DNA of 64,000 nucleotides from Dehalococcoidia bacterium (GTDB lineage: Bacteria; Chloroflexota; Dehalococcoidia; Lucifugimonadales; UBA1123). Position 1 is the first letter of the stretch. The number at the start of each line of letters is the position of its first letter. The stretch lies in NCBI GenBank assembly GCA_965197695.1, contig OZ240222.1, forward strand, positions 1,269,588-1,333,587, written 5' to 3'. The notes beneath the pieces were generated by a model, which made no database searches, was not told the DNA's origin, and worked only from the letters and a program-made list of their open reading frames with translations. A program made the position numbers and the translations under genes. This document shows positions 46,631 through 56,481 of this stretch, piece after piece.

Positions 46631-47001
46631 CCAAGGTCAGGGGACTCAGAGGGGCCACCACCGCGGACAGCAATACCAGCGCCGACATCCTGGACGCGAC
46701 CCGGGAGCTCCTCGAGGCGCTGGTGGCGGCCAACGATGTCGAAACGGACGACATCGCATCGGTCATCTTTAGCACCACCAGCGACCTCGATGCCGACTTT
46801 CCGGCGGTGGCCGCCCGCGTCCATCTGGGCTGGACAGACGTTGCGATGATGTGCGGCCACGAGATGAATGTGCCAGGCGGGCAGGCGCGGTGCATCCGCG
46901 TGATGATGTTGGTCAACACGGACAAGAGTCCGCAGGGCCTCGAACGCGTATATCTTCGGGGTGCGGCAAGCCTGCGCTCCCGGGGCGGCCGAGGCGATTG
47001 A
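46627..47001 (+). CDS. aroH: AroH-type monofunctional chorismate mutase
   Basis: VRGLRGATT start and FSTTSDLDADFPA motif. ATGA overlap with trpA. Confidence 0.8.
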   Translation: MTKVRGLRGATTADSNTSADILDATRELLEALVAANDVETDDIASVIFSTTSDLDADFPAVAARVHLGWTDVAMMCGHEMNVPGGQARCIRVMMLVNTDKSPQGLERVYLRGAASLRSRGGRGD

Positions 47002-47028
47002 GGACAAATCCCAGGAGGAATCAATCCA

Positions 47029-47394
47029 ATGGAAGTAGTCAGAAATGGGTCTGTACCCGAAGAAGACGCCACCAACGCGCCGATTTTCTACGGTGGAACG
47101 GTGACGCGGCAGCCGATAGTGGGTCCCGGAAAGAGCTCCTACTACAACTTCAGCCAGGTCAACTTCTACAGCGGAGCCAAGAACAAGTTTCATGCTCACA
47201 CGACCGACCAGATCCTGTTCGTGACTGGCGGCGAGGGCTACGTGGCCTCCGAGTCCGAGGAGATCAGGATCGCTCAGGGCGATACCGCGTTCATCCCCGC
47301 TGGAGAAAAGCACTGGCACGGAGCCGCCGACGGCCACGACTTCTCCCACATCTCCCTCACCGGCGCAGGCAGCGAGACTACGGTTTACGATTAG
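47029..47394 (+). CDS. Cupin domain protein
   Basis: FHAHTTDQILFVTGGEG...GEKHWHG cupin motifs. Confidence 0.7.
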   Translation: MEVVRNGSVPEEDATNAPIFYGGTVTRQPIVGPGKSSYYNFSQVNFYSGAKNKFHAHTTDQILFVTGGEGYVASESEEIRIAQGDTAFIPAGEKHWHGAADGHDFSHISLTGAGSETTVYD

Positions 47395-47407
47395 ACCGGA
47401 AACGCGA

Positions 47408-47433
47408 GCGTGCGCTGAATCCTCAGCGCACGC
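47408..47433 (+). terminator. Stem-loop after the cupin gene
   Basis: GCGTGCGCTGA-ATCC-TCAGCGCACGC: 11-bp perfect stem, no clear T-tract. Confidence 0.35.
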
Positions 47434-47551
47434 GGACCTTCGGATTGTGAGACTGCGCCGAGGGCATGGATAAGAGTCGAGTACGACCAGGGGTTGGCGT
47501 GCGATCCTGTTCGTCTCCAACTCATTAGGCCCCTTCGGGAGTCGTAAGTTT

Positions 47552-49313
47552 ATGGTCAATCCGGCTTCGACACTCCCCGTCCCCGCGGTGTGGTGGCTCG
47601 CGATATCAGTAGTGACCACGATTCTTCTCTCGGCCTGTGGCGAAGACAGCAATCCGGTACAGGTCGCGTCGAATACACCGTCGTCAGCGGTGGCGCCCTC
47701 AGCAACCGGACCTCAGCCATCGCCCGGACAGTCACCCCTGCCGGCGAATGTACGCTCGCCGGAGACCGCGACGCTGGTCAAATCGACGCCGACCGCGGTC
47801 CGAATCGGACCTACAAGAACTCCGACACCCGGGCCGGTGGCGACCAACGTCCCGGCCACACCGCAACCCAGCGCTGTACCGTCGCCTCAACCGACGACAG
47901 GCCTGGCTCCGACCATTTCAGAGACGGCCACGCCCGGTCCCGAACAGGCAGCCGCTTCCGGCCCAACCCTGTGTACAGTCATCAGACGTCTGCGACGAGC
48001 GGGACGTGAGCGACCTCAACCCGTTGGCAGTCAGCACTGGTGGATTCAGGGCGGCGTACTCAGGACCGACGGTAGAGGACATACTCGAAAAGGGTCTGCA
48101 TCAGCCCGGTGCGTCCCCGGTCCACATCGCTTTCAGGGGAACTGCGAGGCGGGACTCAATTCGCTGCGACTGGCGTGGCATCGTCAGAACGGCCCAGGAG
48201 CGCGAGCGGTATTTGCGGTTCCGGCTGGAAATCGAAGAGGGCGAGCCGCTGCCTCCGACCGCCGCCTTTGAGAGCATGTACTCGAATCCGCTTGATAACC
48301 CCCTGCAATCCATGTGGGACTCCATACCGGACGTGGCGCGGGGCGGGCTGTCCACCAAATACCAGCTCCTTATCTGCTACGCAGACTACCGGGTGCAGGA
48401 GTACCTGCTGGGGTCCGGCCCCGGTACGCTGACGGTCGCATATGACGCCTTCCTCCATGGCTATCCCTTTTCATTTTCATATGAATGGTACAAGAGACTG
48501 CATGAATCCGGCGCGATTCCGGGTGTGTTGATACCGGACGAGGCAGAGTATGCGCGTCAGCGGCAAGACACTGAGGCGGGAAGCGAGGCGGCGATTGCGC
48601 CAATGATCGGCGGACGGGAAAGCGTCTTCTTCCTGGCGCCCGCGGGCGCGCACATCACAGTCGCAGTGCAGGCGTGGCAGGCTGTCGCGCAGTGGGACCT
48701 GCAGCTCGCGGATGACGGGTCAGTCGAGGCGGCCCGATACGGAACGCCGAGTGACGACCCCGAATACCGCCAACCCCTCGACGAGTTAGCGAGCCGGATC
48801 GAAGCCGTTGCCGCGACAGACGCCTTTGCGGGGAAGAGAATCGCCAGCGCGGACGGGCTGCGGGCGTACTACGAGAGCATCGGCGCATATGACGTAATCG
48901 GGCCGTACAACGTCCCGCGCAGCAGGCGAACCCCGTTCGCGCCTTCGCCGCCTCCACCTCCCCGCGAGAGACCGGGGGATACTGGCCCGTCTCCGACACG
49001 TACCCCGACCCCATACGTCGCGCCCAAATTCGTGTCTATCAGCAGCGGCGGCGATCTGACGTGCGGACTGCGGGAGGACGGCATCGCGGTGTGTTGGGGT
49101 GACAACGAAACGGGAAAGGCTAGCCCGCCGGGCGCTGAGACGTACACTCATATCGGCGCCGGTTGGGCGTACTCCTGCGCGCTTCGCTCGGACGGCAGTA
49201 ACCACGTCTGCGGCATCCGTTCGGATGGCACAGAACCCGGCCTGAACACCGCTGTGACAGTGTCGGTGCGGTCCTCGTCAGGGATGCTTGGGGACACCGC
49301 ACGCCGTCACTGA
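47552..49313 (+). pseudogene. Lipoprotein with Pro/Thr-rich linker, unknown central domain and truncated C-terminal RCC1-like repeats (frameshifted)
   Basis: The signal peptide with lipobox LLSAC and the PT-rich linker are in the frame of ORF 47552. The globular body and the CWGDNETGKASPP repeats are in the frame of ORF 47637. The switch must lie near 47930-48030. Confidence 0.5.
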
Positions 49314-49781
49314 CTCAGGTTAACGACCACCACAACCGTCAGAGACCTCATCCGGGACTTGTCCGCTACCGAAAACAGCCTTCTTCAACAGCCTGCTAGA
49401 GCAGCCAGTTAGGGAGATAGGCCTCATGTCGAGGGCGGGGAGAAATCAGGACACGGGGCGGAGCCAGGCCACGGAAGTCCACCAAACTGGACAAAATCCA
49501 GAGCCTTCATTCTTTGGAATCAATCAACACGCAAAACTCAGATACTCATGGGCGGTCGGTTTGGGTCCATTCAAGCCGGGGCGGGTTTTTAGACAATAGC
49601 GTGCGCCCCCCAGGGACTGGCGGAGAGGTTGGGGCCGTTGGTACGAGCGTGTCGGCCAACCCGCGCCGAACCCAGCTAGGCCGTCCGGAACTGAGCTAGA
49701 CGAGCCGGCATAGATGAGTCGTCTCCCTTATGACTGGTTCGATCCCTGTCAGTTGGGCGGGACGGATGCCGCGAGAAAGTG

Positions 49782-50384
49782 CTAACCATCCTCTTCCCAT
49801 CGGCATCTCGCCGTCTTTGGCGTGTTCCCGGCATCTAGAGCGCTCTTTATCTCCGCCATTCCCTTTACTGCCCCGCCTTGGACACTGTCATAAGGTATCT
49901 CGCTGGCAGCTTCCGCCGCTACTTCAAACCGACCCGCGTATGCAGCGTGGATGGCCACGCACTTCAATGTTTCCGATCTGTCGGATTCATAAGGAGTTAC
50001 CCGTCCTGCTTCAATAGCTATATCGTAATGTCCGCTTGAAACTGCCTGCTCTGCGACGCTCCTGAGGTTGTCTCCCTGTTCGCTCTCGTATCCAGAAGTT
50101 CGCGCGACCTCGAACATTAGCCTCAAATTATCGCGCACAGTCGGCGTGCCCTCCGAGAAGGCAAGATGCACTGTTGCCGGAGTTGGAGCTGCGGTCGGAG
50201 TTGGAGTGGGGGTGGAGATGTCGGGTTCAGCTAGCACGGGGTTGCCAGGACCATTCGAGCCACTGAACCATTTACCCGGCGGAGGACCACCCAAGCCAGC
50301 GTAAATGCTGGCGACAGCACCCACAAGCATAATCATGCCGATAACAAACTTGCTAAGCTTCGATTGTCGTGCCAACCATCCCAT
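49782..50384 (-). CDS. Hypothetical membrane-anchored protein
   Basis: N-terminal TM helix and a PT-rich linker. Lies in the AT-richer insert. Confidence 0.4.
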   Translation of the reverse strand: MGWLARQSKLSKFVIGMIMLVGAVASIYAGLGGPPPGKWFSGSNGPGNPVLAEPDISTPTPTPTAAPTPATVHLAFSEGTPTVRDNLRLMFEVARTSGYESEQGDNLRSVAEQAVSSGHYDIAIEAGRVTPYESDRSETLKCVAIHAAYAGRFEVAAEAASEIPYDSVQGGAVKGMAEIKSALDAGNTPKTARCRWEEDG

Positions 50385-50409
50385 ATTTTCTTGGACTCAC
50401 TATATCACT

Positions 50410-50769
50410 TCAGTACCATTCATAACCGGAGGGCCACCTAAACTCATAGATACCGCGCCGCGCTTCTCTGACCCGTATTTCTTCTCCAGTACGCGGGTGG
50501 TAAACAACCCCTGCAACGTCGGCGTAACCATATTCATCGCTGCCCAATTGAGCATCTACAGATACTGCACAACCGTCAATGGACAAGCTCCCTATTTCGT
50601 AAATGACTCCCTTTACCGGGAACAATACCCCGCTCGCGTCCCTAACCTGTTTTAATTCTTCCCTGGTCCTAGCGTCTCGGCAGCTACTTGTGTAATCGGG
50701 CCCGTCTATACACGCCATTACTAAGACAAGCAGCCCGGTCAAGGCGATAGCGACAACTCCTTGGCCCAT
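50410..50769 (-). CDS. Hypothetical lipoprotein
   Basis: Signal peptide with lipobox LVMAC. Confidence 0.4.
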   Translation of the reverse strand: MGQGVVAIALTGLLVLVMACIDGPDYTSSCRDARTREELKQVRDASGVLFPVKGVIYEIGSLSIDGCAVSVDAQLGSDEYGYADVAGVVYHPRTGEEIRVREARRGIYEFRWPSGYEWY

Positions 50770-51157
50770 GTAAATTCCCTTCGGTTGAATGCTGCCCCGA
50801 TACCTCGGCGGTCAAACCATACCCGTGCCACTCCCGGGGTCGAGGCGCGCATGTGCGGTCCCGAGTAGGAGGAGTGCCCGGCCATGAAACTTGCGATGGT
50901 GGCAGGCGTCAGGTAGTGTCCGCCGTTCTTCCGATGCTGGTGCCTGGAGAATGACAGGTAAGACCCCCCACGGATTCGGCATATTCCAATGGGCTGGAGC
51001 TTCCTGTGGGAACAGGAACGTTCATGCCAGCCGGGAATGTGCCGAGCGGGATGCTCGTAGCCACTTCCATCGATGCATTCATGTCCGTAAGTTCAATCGG
51101 TCTCATCTATCTGAGAAGCGCCTCCGGCGATGCTGGCTGGCGCATCCTCTCCAAGCA

Positions 51158-51358
51158 TTAGAGCAACTGTTGTACCTGGCCCGTCTTCGGGTCGTAGCTG
51201 TTGGCGAATTCCACAAGCACATCGCGTGGAATGAACCATTGCGTACCTCTCCTTAACGCCTTCAGGCGCTTTGACCTGATGTTTCTGCGGACCGTCTCCT
51301 CGCTCACATTGAGGTAGGACGCCGCTTGCGGCACGGTGAATTCGTCGGGCATATTCAT
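51158..51358 (-). CDS. Excisionase-family (HTH_17/MerR-like) DNA-binding protein
   Basis: FTVPQAASYLNVSEETVRRNIRSKRLKA is typical of Xis/AlpA-type HTH proteins. Confidence 0.65.
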   Translation of the reverse strand: MNMPDEFTVPQAASYLNVSEETVRRNIRSKRLKALRRGTQWFIPRDVLVEFANSYDPKTGQVQQLL

Positions 51359-51471
51359 GGCTCGATCCCAGTGGGTTAGATACCTTATTGTAGTATACTA
51401 CATCACCCCCCTATTTCTCCTCCGGTTCCTCCGTCTCCCCCTCCGCCATCCGGTAGCCGACGCGAGGCTCG

Positions 51472-52645
51472 GTGATAAGTATTGGCTCAGAACAGGGATG
51501 CGGAGTGCGTTTCGACGGCACGGTCGTCTGCTGGGGCGAGCATGCCGACCCGGTTCCAGGCGGTCAACCGTTCTCCGCCGTCTCCACCGACAGCGGCCAC
51601 ACGTGTGGGTTGCGCGATGACGAATCCATCATTTGCTGGGGAACCGACGGGGATGGACAGACGTCCCCGCCCTGGGGGCGAGTGACAGGTTCACGGCAAT
51701 TGGCACGGGGTCCAGGCACTCGTGCGCGATTCGTGATAGCGGCAAGATCGTATGCTGGGGCGCGAACTACGATGGACAGGCATCACCTCCAGGCGGCGAA
51801 CGCTACGTGGATGGGCCGACGACGCCAGTGTCCGGCAGTCTGACCGCCGTCAGCAGCGGCACGTTCCATACCTGTGGCCTTCGCGGCAACGGCACTGCCG
51901 TCTGCTGGGGCGCGGACTGGCATGGACAGCTATCTCCACCAATAGGGGAGATGTTCTCGTCCATCAGCAGCGGAGTGGATCATACCTGCGCGACGACGGA
52001 ACTGCCGCGTGCTGGGGAGACGACACTCACGGAGAGTCGTCTCCTCCGACAGGGGCGGTCCTGAAGTCGATCAGCGGCGGCGGACAACACACGTGCGGAC
52101 TTAAAACGGATGGCTCGGCTCTGTGCTGGGGCGGCGACGAGTACGACCAGTCTTCGGCCCCGGAAGGCGAGACGTTCGCAACAATCAGCAGCGGCATCTG
52201 GCACACCTGCGCGTTACGACTGTCGGACGGCGCGCCGGTCTGCTGGGGGAACGACTACAAGAACCAGTCGTCACCGCCTGAGCGGGACGGGCTGGTTGCG
52301 ATTAGCAGCGGTTTGTGGCACACCTGCGCGATAACCGCTGACGGCTTCCCCTGGTGTTGGGGAGAAGGGTACGAGGTCAGCAACACCCCGGTCGTCGGTC
52401 ACCGGTTCACACACATCAGCAGCAGCGGTAGGTTCTCCTGCGGGTTAGTCTCTGATAGCAGGGCCATCTGCTGGGGACGGAACTCATACGGCGGCACGTC
52501 GCCACCCGCGGGTGGCCGTTACGTCACGATCAGCGGCGGCCTGTACCACACCTGCGCCCTGAAGGAGAATGGAACCCCCGTCTGCTGGGGATACCACTGG
52601 TCCCCTGGCGCGGCAACGCCCGCCCTCGAACTGCCAAACTGGTAG
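51472..52645 (+). pseudogene. RCC1-repeat protein remnant spread over three frames
   Basis: Units of the form H-T-C-G/A-L-x-x-D-G-x-x-x-C-W-G-x-x-x-x-G-Q-x-S-P-P continue across ORFs 51472-, 51633- and 51752-52645. The frame switches lie near 51664-51678 and 51985-51995. Confidence 0.6.
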
Positions 52646-52693
52646 AGTCGGCAGGCGTCTGCGACGCCTGCCAATTCGTTCTTGCATCTACGG

Positions 52694-54127
52694 CTACGAC
52701 ACCCGCGGCCTGACGTGCGCCCACGGACGCGCCTGCTCGAAGGCGGCGGACGCGGCCAGAACCGTCTCCTCATCACCGGGACGTCCCACGATGTGGAGCC
52801 CAATCGGCATACCGTCGGAGTCGAACCCACACGGTATGCTGGCGGCCGGGAATCCGATCGTGTTGATCGGGTGCGTAAAGGGCAGGAAACCCCAGGCGGG
52901 GATCGGGTACGACGCTTCCCCTCCGATCTCCTCCGGGTACTGCTCAGTCGAGAACGCGGTCACCGCCATCGTCGGCGACAGTAGCAGATCGACCTCTTCG
53001 AAGACATCCAAGAACTGGTGGACCATCCTGTCCCGCTCACCGAGCGCGCGTATGTAGTCTGTGCCGGTGATACTCGCACCCTGTTCGATGGCCCAGCGTC
53101 CGTACCAGCTCAACGGGTCTTCGGGGTCGTCCAGCAGGTGTCCGTTGACAGCGTAGGAGTTGCCGGCGAAGAAGACGATCCAGGTGTCGAACGGCGATTC
53201 CAGCTTCAGATCTACCGAGTCAACGGCGCAGCCGAGCTCCTCGAAGACGCCCGCGCCGGCCTCGGCGGATTGCGCGACCTCCGGGTCCACGGACGCGTAG
53301 CCATAGTCAGGACTCCAGCCGATCCTGAGCCCGTCTATGCCTCGTCCAACCGCGCCTACGAAGTCCGGGACCGGCGCCCGCAGAGACCCCACGTCGCGCG
53401 GGTCATAGCCGGACATAACCTGGAGCAGCATCGACGTGTCGGCGACGGTGCGGGACATCGGGCCTTGCTGGCTGGTGAGGTTGACCATCGGAAGGGCATC
53501 GACGCCGGTGTAGCTGGACACGCGGCCCTGGGTGGGCTTGATTCCGTAGATGCCGTTGAAGCTGGCCGGGATGCGGATCGAGCCTCCGCCGTCCCCTCCG
53601 GTGCCGATCGCGCACAGCCCGGCGGCTATCGCCGCGCCCGTGCCGCCGCTGGACCCGCCGGACGTCCGATCAGGATTCCAGGGGTTGCGGCAAGGCTCAC
53701 CGAGCCTGTTTTCGTTGGCTCCCAACAGGCCGAACTCCGGGGTGTTGGTCTTACCGAGCATGACGGCGCCGGCGCTGAGAACGCTTTCGACACAGGCGGC
53801 GTTGGCATCCGGGACCCGGTCCCGGTACGCGAGCGATCCGCCTGTCGTGCGAACGCCCTCGGTCATCTGGAGGTCCTTGATCGAGATCGGGAGACCGTGC
53901 AGAGCTCCGAGGGATTCGCCCCTGGCCGTAGCCTCGTCAGCGCGCCTCGCCTGATCGAGCGCGATCTCCGGCGTCAGCGTCAGGTACGAGTTGAGCTGGC
54001 CGTCGAGCCGCTCGATTCGGGACAGATACAACTCCGTAATCTCGACCGACGTGATCTGCTTACCGGCGATAAGCTCACGGAGCTCAGTGGCCGGTGCGAA
54101 CGCGAGGTTGTCGTTAGAGTCAGTCAT
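52694..54127 (-). CDS. Amidase signature family enzyme
   Basis: GGSSGG motif and the Ser-cisSer-Lys context. ATG 54127 follows GGAGG. The listed ORF is over-extended to 54313. Confidence 0.85.
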   Translation of the reverse strand: MTDSNDNLAFAPATELRELIAGKQITSVEITELYLSRIERLDGQLNSYLTLTPEIALDQARRADEATARGESLGALHGLPISIKDLQMTEGVRTTGGSLAYRDRVPDANAACVESVLSAGAVMLGKTNTPEFGLLGANENRLGEPCRNPWNPDRTSGGSSGGTGAAIAAGLCAIGTGGDGGGSIRIPASFNGIYGIKPTQGRVSSYTGVDALPMVNLTSQQGPMSRTVADTSMLLQVMSGYDPRDVGSLRAPVPDFVGAVGRGIDGLRIGWSPDYGYASVDPEVAQSAEAGAGVFEELGCAVDSVDLKLESPFDTWIVFFAGNSYAVNGHLLDDPEDPLSWYGRWAIEQGASITGTDYIRALGERDRMVHQFLDVFEEVDLLLSPTMAVTAFSTEQYPEEIGGEASYPIPAWGFLPFTHPINTIGFPAASIPCGFDSDGMPIGLHIVGRPGDEETVLAASAAFEQARPWAHVRPRVS

Positions 54128-54174
54128 ATTCAGCCTCCGTGGATTTGTGCGGCAGCCGTAGGTTGGGTTAGCGC

Positions 54175-55605
54175 TCACGAAACCGGCGGTCGCAGGCGCG
54201 CCCACGGGCGGGCGCGCTCGAAGGCGGCGGAGGCGGCCAGGACGGTCTCCTCGTCGCCCTTGCGTCCGACGACGTGAAGGCCAATGGGCAGTCCGTCCGA
54301 CGAGAAGCCGCACGGCACGCTGGCGGCAGGGTGGCCGATCGCGTTGATCGGGTAGGTGAACGGGATGTATCCGAAGGACGGGTCGTCGATCGGCTGTCCG
54401 CCGATGATCGCGGGGTGCTCGCCGATTGGGAACGCGGGAACCGCCATCGTGGGCGACAGCAGCAGGTCGTACCGCTCGAAGAGCGCGTCGAACTTCGCCT
54501 TGAGGACGTCGAACCCGCCCACCGCCCTGGCGTAGTCGGCCGCCGTGAGCGGCGCGGCGAACTCCATCGCCTCGCGGAAGTAGTCTGTCAGATCATCCGC
54601 CCGCTCGCGCAGCAGGTAGCCCATCGAGGCGTAGCTGTTCGACGCGAAGATGACGCGGAAATGCTCCTGTGGCGAATCGAGCGCAAAGCCGGGGTCGTCG
54701 ACGGCGCATCCCATCCGCTCGAACTCGCGCGCCGCATCCCTGCACACGTCCACGACCTCGGAGTCCACCGGCGCGTAGCCGTAGTCGCTGCTCCACGCCA
54801 CGCGCAGCCCGCTTACGTCGCGGTCCAGGGCGGCCAGGTAGTCGCCCGGCGCCTCCCGCAGCGAACGGGCGTCCCTGGCGTCCCAGCCCGCCAACTCCCC
54901 CAGCATCATGGCGGCGTCCCGGACGGTGCGCGTGATCGGACCGGACTGGCTGATCTGGTTGGCGACGGACGGTGCGGCGCGTCCGCCGTAACGAGGCACC
55001 CTGCCCTGCGTCGGCTTGATGCCGTAGAGACCGCAGAAGCTGGCGGGGATTCGGATGGAGCCGCCACCGTCGCTTCCGGTCGAGATGGCGCACAGCCCCG
55101 CTGACAGAGCCGCCGCCGCGCCGCCGCTTGAGCCGCCGGGCGTGTACTCCGTATTCCACGGGTTCCGGCACGGGTCGCCAAGCAGGTTCTCGGTAGTGCC
55201 GCGGTATCCGAATTCAGGAGTGTTGGTCTTGCCGAGCGCCACCGCGCCCGCGTTCCGGACCCGCTCCACCACGACTGAGTCTTCATCCGGGACCCTGTCC
55301 TCGAACACCAGCGATCCGCTGGTCGTTCGGACGCCCCTGGTCAGCTCCAAGTCCTTGATCGAGATTGGGACGCCGTGCAGCGCGCCGAGACTCTCGCCCC
55401 TGGCCGTGGCCTCATCCGCCCGCCGCGCCTGGGCCAACGCCGACTCCGGCGTCAGCGTCAGGTACGAGTTGAGCTGCCCGTCCAGCTTCTCGATGCGGGA
55501 CAGGTACAACTCCGTCAACTCCACTGAGGTGGCTTGCCTGTCGGCGATTAGATCACGAAGCTCGGTGGCAGGCGCGAACGCGAGGCCCTCATCGAGATCA
55601 GGCAT
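54175..55605 (-). CDS. Amidase signature family enzyme (tandem paralogue)
   Basis: Collinear with 52694-54127 and identical over long stretches (LAFAPATELR, LNSYLTLTPE, GGSSGG). Confidence 0.85.
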   Translation of the reverse strand: MPDLDEGLAFAPATELRDLIADRQATSVELTELYLSRIEKLDGQLNSYLTLTPESALAQARRADEATARGESLGALHGVPISIKDLELTRGVRTTSGSLVFEDRVPDEDSVVVERVRNAGAVALGKTNTPEFGYRGTTENLLGDPCRNPWNTEYTPGGSSGGAAAALSAGLCAISTGSDGGGSIRIPASFCGLYGIKPTQGRVPRYGGRAAPSVANQISQSGPITRTVRDAAMMLGELAGWDARDARSLREAPGDYLAALDRDVSGLRVAWSSDYGYAPVDSEVVDVCRDAAREFERMGCAVDDPGFALDSPQEHFRVIFASNSYASMGYLLRERADDLTDYFREAMEFAAPLTAADYARAVGGFDVLKAKFDALFERYDLLLSPTMAVPAFPIGEHPAIIGGQPIDDPSFGYIPFTYPINAIGHPAASVPCGFSSDGLPIGLHVVGRKGDEETVLAASAAFERARPWARLRPPVS

Positions 55606-55981
55606 CTCGGGCGTCCTGGAACTTGTGCAGCCCGATGTGGTTTCCCTGCGGGTCCCTGAATACGGCGATGTGGCCCATACCGTTCGGAATCGGCATCGGC
55701 GGGACGACTGTTACGCATCCCAAGCTCTCCGCTTTGTCCAGACAACCCTGTATGTCATCGACGCTGACGTAGAACATCATGTAGCTTTCCGGCATCTCCC
55801 CGGCTGTCTGAATAATCCCCCCGCCGATTCCACCTTCACTCGCCTCGACGTAGTAGAAGTCGGTCCCCACGGCGGACGGCCCGGCCTGTTCGACATTCCA
55901 GTCGAACAGGTTAGCGTAGAGATCGCTCAGCCCCGCGGCGTCCCTGCCGCCGAGCTCGAAGTATGCAACGGGGTTTGGCAT
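55598..55981 (-). CDS. VOC/glyoxalase family protein
   Basis: Motifs: YFELGG start; AVFRDPQGNHIGLH. Confidence 0.8.
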   Translation of the reverse strand: MPNPVAYFELGGRDAAGLSDLYANLFDWNVEQAGPSAVGTDFYYVEASEGGIGGGIIQTAGEMPESYMMFYVSVDDIQGCLDKAESLGCVTVVPPMPIPNGMGHIAVFRDPQGNHIGLHKFQDARDA

Positions 55982-56086
55982 GATGGTACTCCTTGTCTGC
56001 GGATCAGCGAATCAGTTGAATGTCAATGTCGATCAGAATGTCTGCCCAACTGCGGTCTGCGGTCAGAGGGGCCTTGCGCCTCGCTT

Positions 56087-56314
56087 TCAAGGCTGAGCTC
56101 CCCTCCAGTCGTCCATCATCAGAGCTTGAACCGGGTATCCCATGGCGGCGGCCAGTCTCTGGATGGTTTCCAACCTCGGAGATTGGGAGGCGGCCTCGAG
56201 CCTAGCAATAGTGACCCTGCCCACGCCGCTCAACTCCGCCAGCTTCTGCTGGGACAAGTCAGACTCGCGTCTCAAGCCGCGCAGGCGTCGCGCGAACTTG
56301 TGCTGCCCCCGCAA
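56087..56314 (-). CDS. XRE-family HTH transcriptional regulator
   Basis: LSQQKLAELSGVGRVTIARLE helix-turn-helix. Divergent from the enolase-superfamily gene. Confidence 0.75.
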   Translation of the reverse strand: MRGQHKFARRLRGLRRESDLSQQKLAELSGVGRVTIARLEAASQSPRLETIQRLAAAMGYPVQALMMDDWRGAQP

Positions 56315-56481
56315 AAGGTTCTTCAGGATGGTATTTTCTCATGTAGAGAATATGCTTTGTATCTATTCTGATACCACCGTGACACAGAGCAAATCGGGCT
56401 GTCAAGACTGGCTTGAGTTCGTTTGTGGACAGTGTGTTACCATCCGAGCCGGAACCCAAACGCTCTGGAAAGGACACAAAT

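Noticed and set aside
49690-49758. tRNA-like string with GGTTCGATCC and a possible 7-bp acceptor pairing (CCCAGCT / AGTTGGG).
   Set aside because: No credible D-arm or anticodon arm can be drawn, and the T-stem has a mismatch. At most it is a tRNA 3' fragment or att scar, not a gene.
50908-50921. 14-nt identity (GTCAGGTAGTGTCC) to the left end of the IS at 15250-15263, suggesting a solo IR.
   Set aside because: The match includes 4 nt of host flank outside the IR and stops after 10 nt of the IR. No partner end or target duplication is present. It is probably chance or too degraded to call.
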